DNA from: Ruditapes philippinarum
Taxonomy: Eukaryota
Assembly: GCF_026571515.1 (NCBI RefSeq)
Contig: NW_026857065.1
Span: 62,001 to 126,000, forward strand
Direction: 5' to 3'
DNA: 64,000 nucleotides
In this document: one piece after another, positions 10,326 to 22,638 of the stretch
How positions within the stretch are numbered: position 1 is the stretch's first letter
How the letters are laid out: each line of letters starts with the position of its first letter
The notes under the pieces: generated by a model
Databases searched by the model: none
The model's input: the letters and a program-made list of their open reading frames with translations, nothing else
Told to the model about the DNA's origin: nothing
Position numbers and translations under genes: made by a program

Positions 10326-12780
10326 AGAGACAAAAACTGTTCATGTCTATAGCAAAACATATATTACATAAATTATAGAAAAACAATCACACCTCGCAAC
10401 AACAAAAACAACACAAATGTATCTATATCATAATAAATATCCTACTAATAGATAATTCTTTGAAAAAATTCTCATATTGTGATATGAAAACAATTTTATA
10501 ATTCAACTTCATAAAATGCTAGCATTATTAATAATTTTACTCAAACCATTGATGATTGTTTACTGATTTTTTAGACATGAAAGTAATGAAATTTTGTTTT
10601 GACCTCAGTAGAGTTCCTTGATATTGTCTTCTCTTTTAAGCAGCTTCTAAATGGGACGATGTTCTTAATTTTGATAATGTTATTTTATTTTTTGCAATGA
10701 GTATATTCCTCTCCTCATATTCTCTTCGCATCAATATTAAATACATACCAAAATGTTTTCTTTGCTATTCAACCCAAATGATTAAACGACTTCGAAATTT
10801 GGGCTATATTAATAATAATTGTATCTTTAGAACTGATCATTTTCAGAAACCGTTTTGTGTGTTTGTTGTTTTAATATTCAGTGTTACATTTTGAATAAAT
10901 ATTGCAATAAACTTGTTATCGGTCATATCATATGTAACAATTTAGGGTCTTAAGAAAAACAAAAATAGCATCAGCTCTGAACATCAGTCAAAATATTTGC
11001 ATTTAACCAAATTCAGGTGGCGATACCACGTGACTTTAATGATTCAAAACAAGGCTTTTTTGTCCGTATCAGGTATATTTTTATCAATATCGTTGCTGAT
11101 TAAACCCAGCTGATTTGGAAGAGATAATTTGCAGAGTACCCGTATATCAAGCTTACGAAACCCCTTGAATTGTCTTTGAGAACATTTATGTACAGTTACT
11201 TTTTATAACTGTAACAGAAGGATAGGTAAACACTCGAAATAAAAGCAAGAGCAAGCGGATTCCAACAAGTTCTCTGTTCTTTCTCTCTGCAGGATTAAAT
11301 AATATTTAATATAAATTATTGATTTAATAATGCAAATAGACTCGGTTTGATACAGTCTGTTCATGAGGGATGACAGAAAAGCTAAACAGCCTTCACGCCC
11401 CTGACGCGTTGGTAATCGGTACTCCATTAACACTTTATGTCCTTGAATCAATGATACTGTACCCAAGGACCAGAAAAAATTACCAGCACTAAAGTAAAGT
11501 ACGGGGCAACATTTTACAACTCCTACAAGGCACTTAGCACCCGCTGCTTTTAAATTGCGCAATGAATTATATCAAAAAGATGGATGTATTAATACATCAT
11601 CGAGCTTTTTACATTTTGACAAGTGCTTTCATAACATTATTTGCTTTGCTGTCATTCAAACAATTAATTCCATTTTGTATGACAATCATTGTCATTAACT
11701 ATTTTATTATTTCAAAACTATTAAAGTTGTGTTTTAACCATTAGCCATTATATAGCAATTCTATGTATACACATCACTTATTAAATCCAAATATGTGTGA
11801 AGTTTTATAACGTCTAGCTCATTATTCACGAATTATAAACGATGAAAGAAAATCGTTGTATTCCATGAAATGCAATTATTTTAAATGCCTGTTCGGACAA
11901 TAAAAAATAATTTATATAATAGTATAACAGATATCTAGAAAAGTATTTTACAACATAACAACTTACTTTATATGCATAACATGCAATGAATGATTATTAA
12001 GTTTGTTTTTAAGTTCGTTATTTATTTATAAAATTTTATTAATTCCTGCCTTCAATGATAAATTGTTCTTTTAATTTTAACACTATTCTTTCATTTTTTA
12101 TCATAAAGAATAAGGTTAATAGTTTGGTTTTGCCTTACCACAAAAAAGAAAGAATAAAAAAGAGAAAAAAAGAAAACAAACAAATAACACTTCTATGTAA
12201 TTGGTTTTTCTATATTTTAACCACTGTTGTTTATCATAACTGACGAACTCCTCCGATTTACTGCCAAAAACAGAACAGATTTTTTCAATAGCAAGAATTT
12301 CTGGTTAAAATACCTAAACGGTTTTCTTATACAGTCTTGTTGATTATATATAACTACAATCATACAACTCGTTGACAATTACATATACAAGATTATTCTC
12401 TCTCCAAATACTTCTAACACATGATAAACAAGATCAACAAGGAAAGACGGCGTTTCATGAACGCAAAATAGGAAGAAAAAATCAAAAGTCTTATTATACA
12501 TACTACACATTCCTGTTCATAGACAAGTAAGTAAATTATACTTTTTGACCATGTTAATCAATTATTTTAATTAATAACTTTGGCTTCATACAATAAGGCT
12601 TTTCATATAAGATCTTTCAAGCAATCGTTATGATGTTTATAAAGATATTTTATGTTTCCCAGAAGTATTTTGTGTAGAAGTAAGCAACTGATAGTAGGAA
12701 ATGATACCAATCTGTAGTGACATCTATCGTGTTAATAAGACAGTTTCCTTAACGCCATGTAATATGTATTTATTTTACAG

Positions 12781-13373
12781 AAACCAAACCATGACCTTTG
12801 TCTTTCCCCTTTAATGTCAGTGAACATCCCAAAAAGAAGACAGCACGTACCCTGTTCTATGTCGGCATAGTCGCACGTGCTGTTGACGAAATTCATAGCA
12901 TTGTGTCCTTGCCTTTTATTTTTTGTATACGACAATATTTAACAAACCGGAACATGAAGTCGAATTAGAAATAACATGTTATTATACGCATTATCTTATC
13001 ATCAAAATAAGTTTTCAAGTTGATATAATACATAGTATTAGACAAATGCCTACCCTATTACGAATGATCGCAACATTTAGATGAAACAATAGATACATCC
13101 TAATTTTTACCAAATATAAGTTGATAAAAATTATTTTAGTAATAAATAAAAAATAATTTTCGTGTGTTTTAACATATATTTTTATTTCCCAAAAAATAAT
13201 GTGTGGCTCAATAAACATGAACAGACTCGATCAAATCGGGGTCTGCAATTTCATATTATATTGTTGTTTTCGGTGCTTCAAAGGGATCACCTCCTTTCCA
13301 GATTCTGACATGTTTGAGTCTAAAAGTGATCCAAAATATAACAAAAAATAAATTTTTAACACTAACACTTAAG
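12781..13373 (+). pseudogene. Possible decayed cadherin-repeat exons
   Basis: After a ttttacag acceptor: FNVSEHPKKKTARTLFYVGIVARAVDE; later GSINMNRLDQ..NFII / VVFGASKGSPPFQILTCLSLKVIQN ending at an aag|gtaaat donor. Resembles cadherin xEN..VG.V.A.D, LDRE and A.D.G.P motifs but is frameshifted. Confidence 0.3.
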
Positions 13374-16362
13374 GTAAATGAAACTTGTTTTCTTAATATG
13401 ATATATCGAAAGTCAGCATAGTAGTGTTACATCAGTTATTAAACAAACTATCGTCTGTGAAATTTATGAAAGATGGTATTCATCGGTCTATATCTTTCAT
13501 TCCAAGAACGGAATTTATTATAAAGTTTAAACGGCATTCTTTAACGTTCCAAATACAGAATCTACATGTTAAAATGAAGCCTGTAGTGTGACACAGTAAT
13601 CCAAATAACTGTATCATTCGTAAATAAAGAAAGGCAAATGAAGTGAAAAATTCAAGATTGATCATTTTAAAAGTACTTGAGTAAACCTTGATATGAGTTT
13701 ACGCCAATTTGTGTCAAGCGTTTTTTAGCTGTTTCCAGTTGTTTTTTTCTCTCAATACTTTATCCCTTTTTTTAGTAACATGCACACGCCCTGCATTGAT
13801 GCTAAACTTTATATATAGTTTTTCTCATATTAGGAGTCTAATGTAGTAGCATTTGTTTTCAAGCACTTTTTAAAAGTAATTTTCCAGCAACTTCTTTTTT
13901 TTTTTGTATGTGTACAGGCCTTCTACTAGAGCATGTAGAGATAGAATTATTGTCTCAAAGTTGTTATTTTTATGAATAAAGATAAACTTAAAAATTTTCT
14001 TTTTATCTCTTCACTAAGTTTTAAGTATGATATAAAGCAACACAAGTATTGTAATTATGTAATATTTTAAAAGACATTTTTTTTCTTCGACATTTACTAT
14101 TTCTTCCAAAATATCAGTTTAATGTATCAAAAAGTGTTGTTATTATATTCTGTTTTGAAGACACGCTATTTGAAATGTTGAAATATTTCTTGTTGTGTCC
14201 TGACATATCTTATACAGAACAAAACTATATTTAAAGAACATAACGTACAAGATACAAATATTTCCTATCAACACGCGTTATGAATGAATAAAAAAACTCA
14301 GTACATGTGTAATTATGTACAGAGCTATATTTGGTGGCAACCGAGCAGAGGGTAAGAAAGGTTTTCGTACCGATTTTTCAAAAACATATGTTCTTTTTTT
14401 GAAAAACGACCCAAAAACGAAAAGCGTTGCAACGCATTCAATGACATCCGACTGAGAATCGCACAAGAAATCGATTTTTTATTGAATTTTGAGTATATAA
14501 CTTTGTTACCCTTGGCAGATTTTTTTCATTTTAAAGTGCTTTTCTTAGTATTTGTAAGATTTTCACATTTTAAGTTTGGAGACCTTTGAACCTCAATGGA
14601 GTTTCTTAAGTACAAATTACTTAATAGCCAGTATCTTTTCTCTAAAATGTGTTATGTTTATGTTATTCTATGACGTCAAAGTTTAGAACAGATTTGATAC
14701 ATTTATTTAATTAAATATCAAAACATTGTCAGTGAACGTTCGTTAAAAAGATCGTTATCATAGTACAAAATACAAAAACAAAATGCAGACAAATAGTCAA
14801 ATACAACTATGTTATTCTTTTTTAGTACATCTGATATAGCACTAACTAAGTCTTAAAAAAGAGCAAAAAATCTGTCGAGTGGCTCAATGAAGAATACAAT
14901 TAATGTTTAATATGAAAAATGCGACAAATGATTAAAAATAGTGGAATTTATTATTTTTCAAGTCTCTAGCTTAAAGCAATTCTTTATTTTTTTTGAAATT
15001 CAATAGTACGGACAATATTTTTTATCATTTAAACACTGACTTTTCAAGAAATATAGACAAACATGTCAATTCAACATGATAAGTTCGAGTAAAAACAGTC
15101 TTTGAATTTTTTCCTTGCAAACAAGGGTTTTTTTTGAACAACATTTAAATTTCTTTTACCAACAATAGAGTACATTTTTAACAAATGCCTTTTAACCTTA
15201 GTGACAGACGATCGGCGTTCAATGAGACACTGACCATGTGACTAATCAGTTTGTAAATGGGAGTGCCACTTTGCCATATATTGTGCTAATAATTCAAAAG
15301 AAAACAACAAATAAACAATGCTTTATATGACGTACAAGCGTTCCTATGATCTTGCATAGTTATACATAGTAGAAAGAAACACAGTTGAATAGTTTTGATC
15401 TGTTAACAAGACCATTAATGAAATACATTTATATTTGAAACCTCTAACTTTTGAATGAACTCATTTTTAAATAAGGTAGCCGGCCATTCACACGGTCGTG
15501 TATGACATGCTGTCTGTAAGTTAATTTTATTAGATGGTGTATTTAATCCTTTTGTCTTTTAATAGCGCTGCTTCCCTTTTCTCTCTTTCTATCAACAATT
15601 AGGCGAAATAAACATCTTGTTTGTTTACACCTTTTGATACCTAGATATTTTACAATATTCAATACCATGTTTTACCACCTTTTTACAGCAGTGGTTAACG
15701 ACTGGCTTAATTAAAATTACGATAACTTTGAAACTTTAATAGAGATGTTCAGGCATATCTACTTCAACGAATCTTGCAAAGTGTTATTGTGCTTTGGTAC
15801 AATACACATTACATGTATAGAACAACCCCCTCATATACAACAGAAAAATACATTGTGAAAGCTTTGATATACAGACAAAGCTTTATATTCTCATAGACAA
15901 TTTCAAAGAAAAAACACTATGTAATATATGTGTATCATAAACTTTTGTTTACTTCAATTTAATTTCTTACTTGATAAAGAAAACAGTTAATATATGTTTT
16001 TACATACATAGTTCATTTGAAGTTATATAAAGATATAACATGAAATTTGACAGTGACCTTTAGAGGTGTTTTGGTTCCATGATACGAAATATTTGTTTAT
16101 GCTTTGCCTTCCTGCATTTTTGTGATTGTTTTTGTTTGTAATTGTTACAAAATGTTTCGTTGTGAAATTTTTTTTCACAATTCCCTTTCAAAACTTAGAA
16201 AGCATAATATGTACAAACAATTCTTCAACATAACTCAGCTTTCAGATTCAATTAACCATTCACTTTATAATCTTTTGACGTTTGCAATTCAGTTTCGACT
16301 GAGTCATCATATGATTACACAATTGAACAGACCTATCTTGTTCTTAGACTGCAATGCGAAGT

Positions 16363-16446
16363 ATTCCTCCACCAGTAAAGCTGACAAGCCGTTATAAAAC
16401 TTTAACAGCGTCAGTGCGACTTAAATTACAAACAAAACAAAAACAA
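16363..16446 (+). mobile_element. 3' fragment of a V-type SINE
   Basis: TTCCTCCACCAGTAAAGCTG identical to the SINE at ~4981-5000, followed by a (CAAAA)n tail. Confidence 0.6.
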
Positions 16447-16496
16447 TAAAAATTAACAGAAGAATAAGATAAATTTATTTTCAACAACATTAAGAA

Positions 16497-16728
16497 AAAA
16501 TAGAGTCCTAAACGAGAAAACAATGGGCGGAACTAAATAAAATGGAATAAAATACCACAAGCACAACAATAATGTCGTGCTGAACGATCTTTAAGGATCG
16601 GAAATATAACATCCCTGATTGAATGTACGGGGCGACTTTTTACAGCCTCCACACGGCACAAACAACGCTGATGTGGCGATAAAATAGAGTCCTAAACGAG
16701 AAAACAATGGGCAGAACTAAATAAAATG
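16497..16728 (+). repeat. ~48-bp direct repeat pair (AAAATAGAGTCCTAAACGAGAAAACAATGGGC(G/A)GAACTAAATAAAATG), period ~184 bp
   Basis: Two copies at ~16497 and ~16681 with one mismatch. Confidence 0.85.
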
Positions 16729-17324
16729 CACATTCAAATGATTTATATACCATGATCTTAAAACTTAACTTTAAAGAAAATCAGGCAAATTCTTATTTAT
16801 AATTGTATTTGTTTCTTTAGCATACTCAAATGATGTGATAACGATAATACGGATGGTTATTTGAAGTGAGATTCCGTGTATTGGGTGGAATGCCTCCTAG
16901 TTTCACAATTTAATCCTATCCGGATGGTCTCCAGTCCAAGGTGACAAAAAGAGAACCGACCTTATTTCAAGAAAGTCAAAATGTTGCCAGACAAGTTTAT
17001 AGCACTAAACACCTAAAATGTCAGAATAGAGAGGAAACTATATGAGAAGAAGAGACTCGTAATCTATTCAGCCAAATTACAATTGAACAATAAATTGATT
17101 TTTATTGTATTGAATTATTGAATCAATTTCTCTTATTTTTCCCTGCTAACATGACTTACATATTTAAGATTAAGTTATAAAGTTTACATTTAAAATCAAA
17201 GACATATGTTCCATAATTCTGCCGAAAACATGATATAACTTAGTATAAATTTAAATGTAAATGGCTTGCAAGATTTGTTTGTGCTTTAGGTCAATAAATA
17301 AAGTGGATCTATTGTTATGACCCT

Positions 17325-18012
17325 CCCGTCGGCATTGGTTAAACATTTTCGTTAAGGTATTTTCTCAGACACTTTAAAGCTATTGACTTCCAGCTTGGTA
17401 TAAATGTTTATTGTTGTAAAAGGGCGCCATTTCAAAAAGCAAATACTTTTCTTACTATTTTGTGCAAAGGTATGCCCATTTTTAAACTTAGATTATTAGC
17501 CCTAGTGAGTCTTTATATTAAGGTTTATTTTGTTTGAACATGATTTACATACTCTTTATCAAAACATGAAACCATTGCAGAGGAGCAAATAATCCTTAAA
17601 TAATTTTAGCAAGGTTATGCCATTTTTTTAACTCGTCTTTTTCTTCTTCTAAAATTTAAATTTTATAATGCTTTTCTCAGATATGCTACCTTTTTGGCTA
17701 AGAAATTCTTGGTTTACCTTTTTAATGATACATTTTTTAAAAAGTGTAAAGAAAATCAAGTGAAACTTGGAATGCCTGTTCACTATGAAAATTGATATCC
17801 ATTTTAAGTAATGCTGAAGTCTTTTTTTTTCATGATTCCTAATTATGTCCCTTTTACATAGAATATATCTGCCCGTCATTAGCATTCACTTCAAATTTGA
17901 AATAGTTTTCTGCTGATCATATTTTCGGAATTACGCCCCCCTTTTCTATGTTGCCTTTATTCATTATCCAACGCAAAAAAAGTTGAGCGCGCTGTCTACG
18001 GACAGGTTTTAT
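17325..18012 (+). mobile_element. Degenerate Helentron-associated (HINE) element with ~170-bp internal repeats
   Basis: Repeated aagg(t)tatgcc...tttttaaact motifs (~17467, ~17611); 3' end gttgagcgcgctgtctacggacag (subterminal IR + short hairpin), as I recall for bivalve HINEs. Confidence 0.45.
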
Positions 18013-19170
18013 CTTCTTACTCAATTACATCATTCATATAAAATATAATGTATGTTTGTCTCCTCACTAATCAGGTAGAAAAATCCGTAAATGTTACTAA
18101 AAATAGCGGTGTTGGAAAATCTTATCTCACATGGGCTTATCTCACACTCAACGTGCATCACTTCTAAAAACGTATTCATACAGCACACATACGCAATTCA
18201 CTCCTATTTAAAGATCCTGCAACACATTATTTTTAGGGTTTTATATACAAATTATGATGCTCAAATTAAGATTTATCGATATTGTAAAATTCAAAAAACA
18301 TTATTTATAAAGATACTACCGAATTTAATATTTCATGTAAATAAAGGGAGGTAATTAGAATTTAGTTTTCTATAAATTCTTAGTCAATTTTCCAATAATA
18401 ATTTAATGATTACCTTAAATATGTACAAATATTTGCAATACATATTTTACATATTCTTCCATGTTTGAAAATTGACAATTTTGCATAATTACATACATAT
18501 ATAATTCAATGAAGAGTGGTATGCAATCTCAATTACAAAACATACAGGATCTTCAAACAAAAAGGAAACGTTAAAATGTATTAAAAATATGTGAGCTTAT
18601 CAATTAAATTGTTCATTGAATCAAAAAAGATTGATATTAACTTTCACACTGCAATAAGTCCTACTCTACCTAGGTCCGCCCTTGTCAATAATGATCTGTT
18701 ACTTAAAATAGCACACTTTAAAATATCGCAAAATTCTTCTTAAAATCGGATATAATGACATTGCGTGAAGAACATCCATGATGTTTTCTGTTATGATAAC
18801 GATTATCTTGATGACAATCGCATTTTGATATATTTTAATTGAATATTCGGTCAAAATAACCGAAAAAGTAGAAAAATCTTTGCAAACGGTAAACGCTTTT
18901 TGGCAACCATTTAAGTAAGGACTGAATTCCTAATAAACACTTATATTATGACACTTGCCGACTTAAATATTGATGTGATAACCTTACGTTTTGATGAGGG
19001 ATCTCATATGAATTCATTTTCATTAAATTTTTCACACATAAACTTGGCCAGTAGAATCTTTTCCGGACGTACGTCAGGCGCTTAAGCCCCGCCCCGTTTT
19101 TCAAAACTACGGCGTAGCAAGTAGATGTAGTTTCAATGATATTTATTGTGTCCAGGCGAGTGAGAAAAAT

Positions 19171-19317
19171 AATCAATCATTGGGTTAGATAGAGAATAGG
19201 GAAATCCCAACCCTCGGGCAATCGGTTCCATCGGGAACTCGCCAAGACTCGTTTCCGAGGAACCGATCACCCTCGGGTTGGGATTTCCCTATCCTCTATC
19301 TAACCCAATGATAGATT
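19171..19317. repeat. ~147-bp near-perfect palindrome, Crypton-like non-autonomous element end
   Basis: Arms AATCAATCATTGGGTTAGATAGAGAATAGGGAAATCCCAACCC.. / ..GGGTTGGGATTTCCCTATCCTCTATCTAACCCAATGATAGATT; loop CTCGCCAAGACTCG; CCCTCGGG in direct orientation in both arms. The hairpin is seen directly; the family label is recall. Confidence 0.8.
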
Positions 19318-20234
19318 CTATTAATCTTCATTTAACAAAAAAGGAGAATAATTTGATTATTTGACATAAAACATCTGTTTCATAACTGCAATCGAAAATG
19401 ATAAATAAAAAAGTACACCTTGCCAAGTACACTACTATACATTAAAGAAAATGTTTGTTCCAGTGTATCTACATCTGTTATTGTAAAGACCACGGTATGC
19501 ATATTTTGTAAGATTCTCTTCCAGACTGATTGAAATTGATATACGATGACATATTCATAGATTGTATGATAACAAATATATTTTGGTTCATACTCTACAA
19601 ACAGAACATTGAAAGGTATAAGATTTTTACTTCATCAAAATTTCATAATGTCGGAATTGTTGTATGTTTAAGACAGTTATACGTTTGATACATCGGTACG
19701 TCTAATACAGTTTCCTAAGTATTTAAATATCTTCCTATAAATACAGAAACAAACATACATGAATACATTACATAATTAATATGTCATAATCATTAATGTC
19801 AGTGCAAATACCAAGTATCTGGAAAAAATTGATCCGACAAAAAGTGATCCCTCGGAAGCTTTAAAAATGCAAAGCCTTGTGAAAATAATATTTTTATTTT
19901 CTACTATTTTAACTTTGAAAAAACGTGACTTTATAATTCTGTTGAATAGTCCTTGATAGGTCACTAAAATATACATCATTAACATAAATATATCAATATA
20001 GTTATAAAAACAAACATACAGTAGAAGAATTAAGTTTAAATTAAATTCTAGAAACATGCTACAGTCTGTTTTAAAGTACCTGCGAAAATGAGTTTCCCAA
20101 AGGTAGGATGCAAACTTATATTAAATGAATCCCTTATGTTATACATGTATTATGCAATAACTATTAAATTTATACACAGAAATAGCAATAACAAATCGTA
20201 TAAACGTAGGATATCAATCTAAAATTATCATGAG

Positions 20235-21347
20235 CTACCAATTTCTGAAAAGAAGTATTCCAAATATAGCATTTAATACCATTAAACAAAGCATGACAAC
20301 CCAGAAATAAATTACATCAAGAGCCTCTGCCACTTCTTGTCCATTCATGTAAGAACATTCTTCTGCATTCTCTGCTTTGATATCTGTTTTATTATTATCT
20401 GCGTGTTCAAATGACGTCATTGATAATCTAGACTTTTCTCTTACAATTTTGAAATTTACATTTTTCTGTCTCCGTTTCATGACCATTTTCACAAGAAATC
20501 TTGGAAGACGATGTGGCATCCTTGATTTATTTGCAAAATGTACAATGAATATACTCCATAAAACTCCAACTGTATTGATACAATTTATCATTAGAACTTG
20601 GTACGAAAAGTAGGGCATTTTCAGAGAATTTTTAGGAATCGTTTCAGTTACTGTTGTTGCAGTTAAAACCAATGATAAGTATAATGTTATTGCAAATGAT
20701 AATCTTTCACCAGAGTCAGGTCGTATAAAACAAGTTGCCATATTTAGACAAGACATAAGCGTTAAAGGAGCAAATGCAGTAATGATTTCAAACGTTGGTC
20801 TCCTTTTCAAAGACAATGATGTTTGAAACATTGGAAATGTTACATCGTCTATGTGATTTTCTTTTACATGCAATATCTGTGCATTAAAGTTTTTAATTTC
20901 CCATTCACCATGTTCTTTTAAATCACTTAGATAAACAGCCGGTTTTGGAGAATTGAGTATCAGATCTGAAGAGTCGTGATTCGACACAACAAATCGAAAA
21001 ATACAAGTATGAATATCATACGGATATGATGTAGTGTCAATATTACATTTCGTCTTATAACTTCCTGCTGGAATTACCTTTACCAATCCTTTATACGTTG
21101 CCCATGCAGGTGCAAATCCGCTGCCGTAAATTGAAGAGTCTTCATTTGCTGGTCCATTTGTTAAATAAAACTCTGGTTTCCAGTACATTCCTTTGGGTAA
21201 AGGGATCTTTGATTTACCTCTGTACAAAGTCGGGTCCCAAAGAAGCATCTCATCTATCCATTTGATTTCAAAACAGCTTGTGATAAGCAGCTCTCCAGAT
21301 GCAATGTCAAATTTTTCAATGCTTTTTATAATATGAGTAAAATTTAC
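20235..21347 (-). CDS. Divergent nAChR-like subunit, subtype B: intact large exon (370 aa); matching signal-peptide exon not found
   Basis: Acceptor tttttccag|GTAAAT at the same position as paralogs; uninterrupted ORF with WKPEF, Cys-loop CNIDTTSYPYDIHTC, EHGEW, LKRR, PDSGER, M1-M4, stop at 20235. Confidence 0.85.
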   Translation of the reverse strand, partial: VNFTHIIKSIEKFDIASGELLITSCFEIKWIDEMLLWDPTLYRGKSKIPLPKGMYWKPEFYLTNGPANEDSSIYGSGFAPAWATYKGLVKVIPAGSYKTKCNIDTTSYPYDIHTCIFRFVVSNHDSSDLILNSPKPAVYLSDLKEHGEWEIKNFNAQILHVKENHIDDVTFPMFQTSLSLKRRPTFEIITAFAPLTLMSCLNMATCFIRPDSGERLSFAITLYLSLVLTATTVTETIPKNSLKMPYFSYQVLMINCINTVGVLWSIFIVHFANKSRMPHRLPRFLVKMVMKRRQKNVNFKIVREKSRLSMTSFEHADNNKTDIKAENAEECSYMNGQEVAEALDVIYFWVVMLCLMVLNAIFGILLFRNW

Positions 21348-21996
21348 CTGGAAAAACAACATATTTAATGTTGACATATAGGTCTCAATAAGTTTAGGAA
21401 ATAACAAAAAACATACATAATGAAAACCAAAGTTTAGCGTACCGTTTAAACTAATTTACCATAGTTAATTTTCATACTGCTTAGAATTTCTCGAACCCCA
21501 TTTAAGAATTGTATTGAAATAGAACACCAGATATTTCTCCATTAATTGTTATGTTGAATAGCAATACTAATATGTTGATATTTGTATTCGCATCGTCGGT
21601 ATTTGTTTTTGTTATTGATTTATATTATAGCACATACCTGGTAAACACTCTTAGGACACTTACAAATATTAAATCAAGCATTGGTAATTGGATTAGCAGT
21701 CCAGGAAGCGGGCTTGAAAGTGATTATTATAAGTTGCAAGAACTTGTTTCGCAATCTAGCTACAATAAATAGGTTGAAACTAAAATTAAAAATACATTTT
21801 GGTACATGCGATACTAGTTTTCAATCTTGATTTATTTAGAAAATGAGGGCTGTGTTTTCAAATACTTGTTATGTTCTCTTGTTTGAAATGATATTTTGTT
21901 TTTAATCAATTGCATTCTGCTCGCATTATTATTTTGTATCTTTCTTTTTTATACTTTTCAATGATTCAAGTATTTTAAATGTATCACATACGTAAA

Positions 21997-22353
21997 TATA
22001 TTTATCACACACCCGTGCCGATTTTGCGACTCTGTAAATATGGTATTGCACGGCCGTGCATATATTTTTACGTGACGTCATTAGCGTTAACAAACATAGT
22101 GTAAAGACGCGCTAAATGATAACGTTATACTATGGGCGCGTCAATGAAAAATGACTTTTATTTTACTTTAAACGGTCTTTATTTTGGGTATGTGATAAAT
22201 AGAATATTAAATTCGTGTAAGTTCATTACTGAATTTATTGCAATCGTTGAATAAAATAATATTATGCTCGCCAGAGGCTCGAATAATATAATTTTATTCA
22301 ACTCGTGCAATAAATTCAGTATTGAATTTACACTCATTCAATATCCTCTATTT
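21997..22353. mobile_element. Crypton-like non-autonomous element (inverted repeat + terminal ~155-bp hairpin)
   Basis: TATTTATCACACACCC (~21999) pairs with GGGTATGTGATAAATA (~22186); then hairpin ~22197-22353 with loop CTCGCCAGAGGCTCG and unpaired NTCG/CTCN bubbles, the same grammar as the 19171 hairpin. Confidence 0.6.
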
Positions 22354-22584
22354 AATATACGCCATTTATTTTATCCATTGCGATAGAAATATTACTATTC
22401 GCACTGAATATGTCAATATTGTATATTTGTAAAACAATTTATAAACATGTAAATTATATGCAATATATAAAAGAAGAGCAGTGGGACGATAACATTAGAG
22501 GTGTTTATTGAAAAATCGAATTGATAAATGTCCAGAAGACAATAAAATGTGCAACATCTTTCACGGTGCCTGATTGGCTTCAAC

Positions 22585-22586
<2 letters not shown>

Positions 22587-22635
<49 letters not shown>
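22587..22635 (+). repeat. (ATT)n microsatellite, ~16 units
   Basis: Perfect trinucleotide run. Confidence 0.97.

Positions 22636-22638
<3 letters not shown>

Noticed and set aside
16497-16728. Direct repeats resembling a CRISPR repeat-spacer unit
   Set aside because: Only two copies, a ~136-bp spacer, eukaryotic context and no cas genes.
21348-21407. N-terminal extensions of ORF-track proteins (B, C, D2) and read-through tails of exon-1 ORFs
   Set aside because: Intronic sequence beyond the conserved splice sites, partly from TTG/GTG starts not used in eukaryotes.
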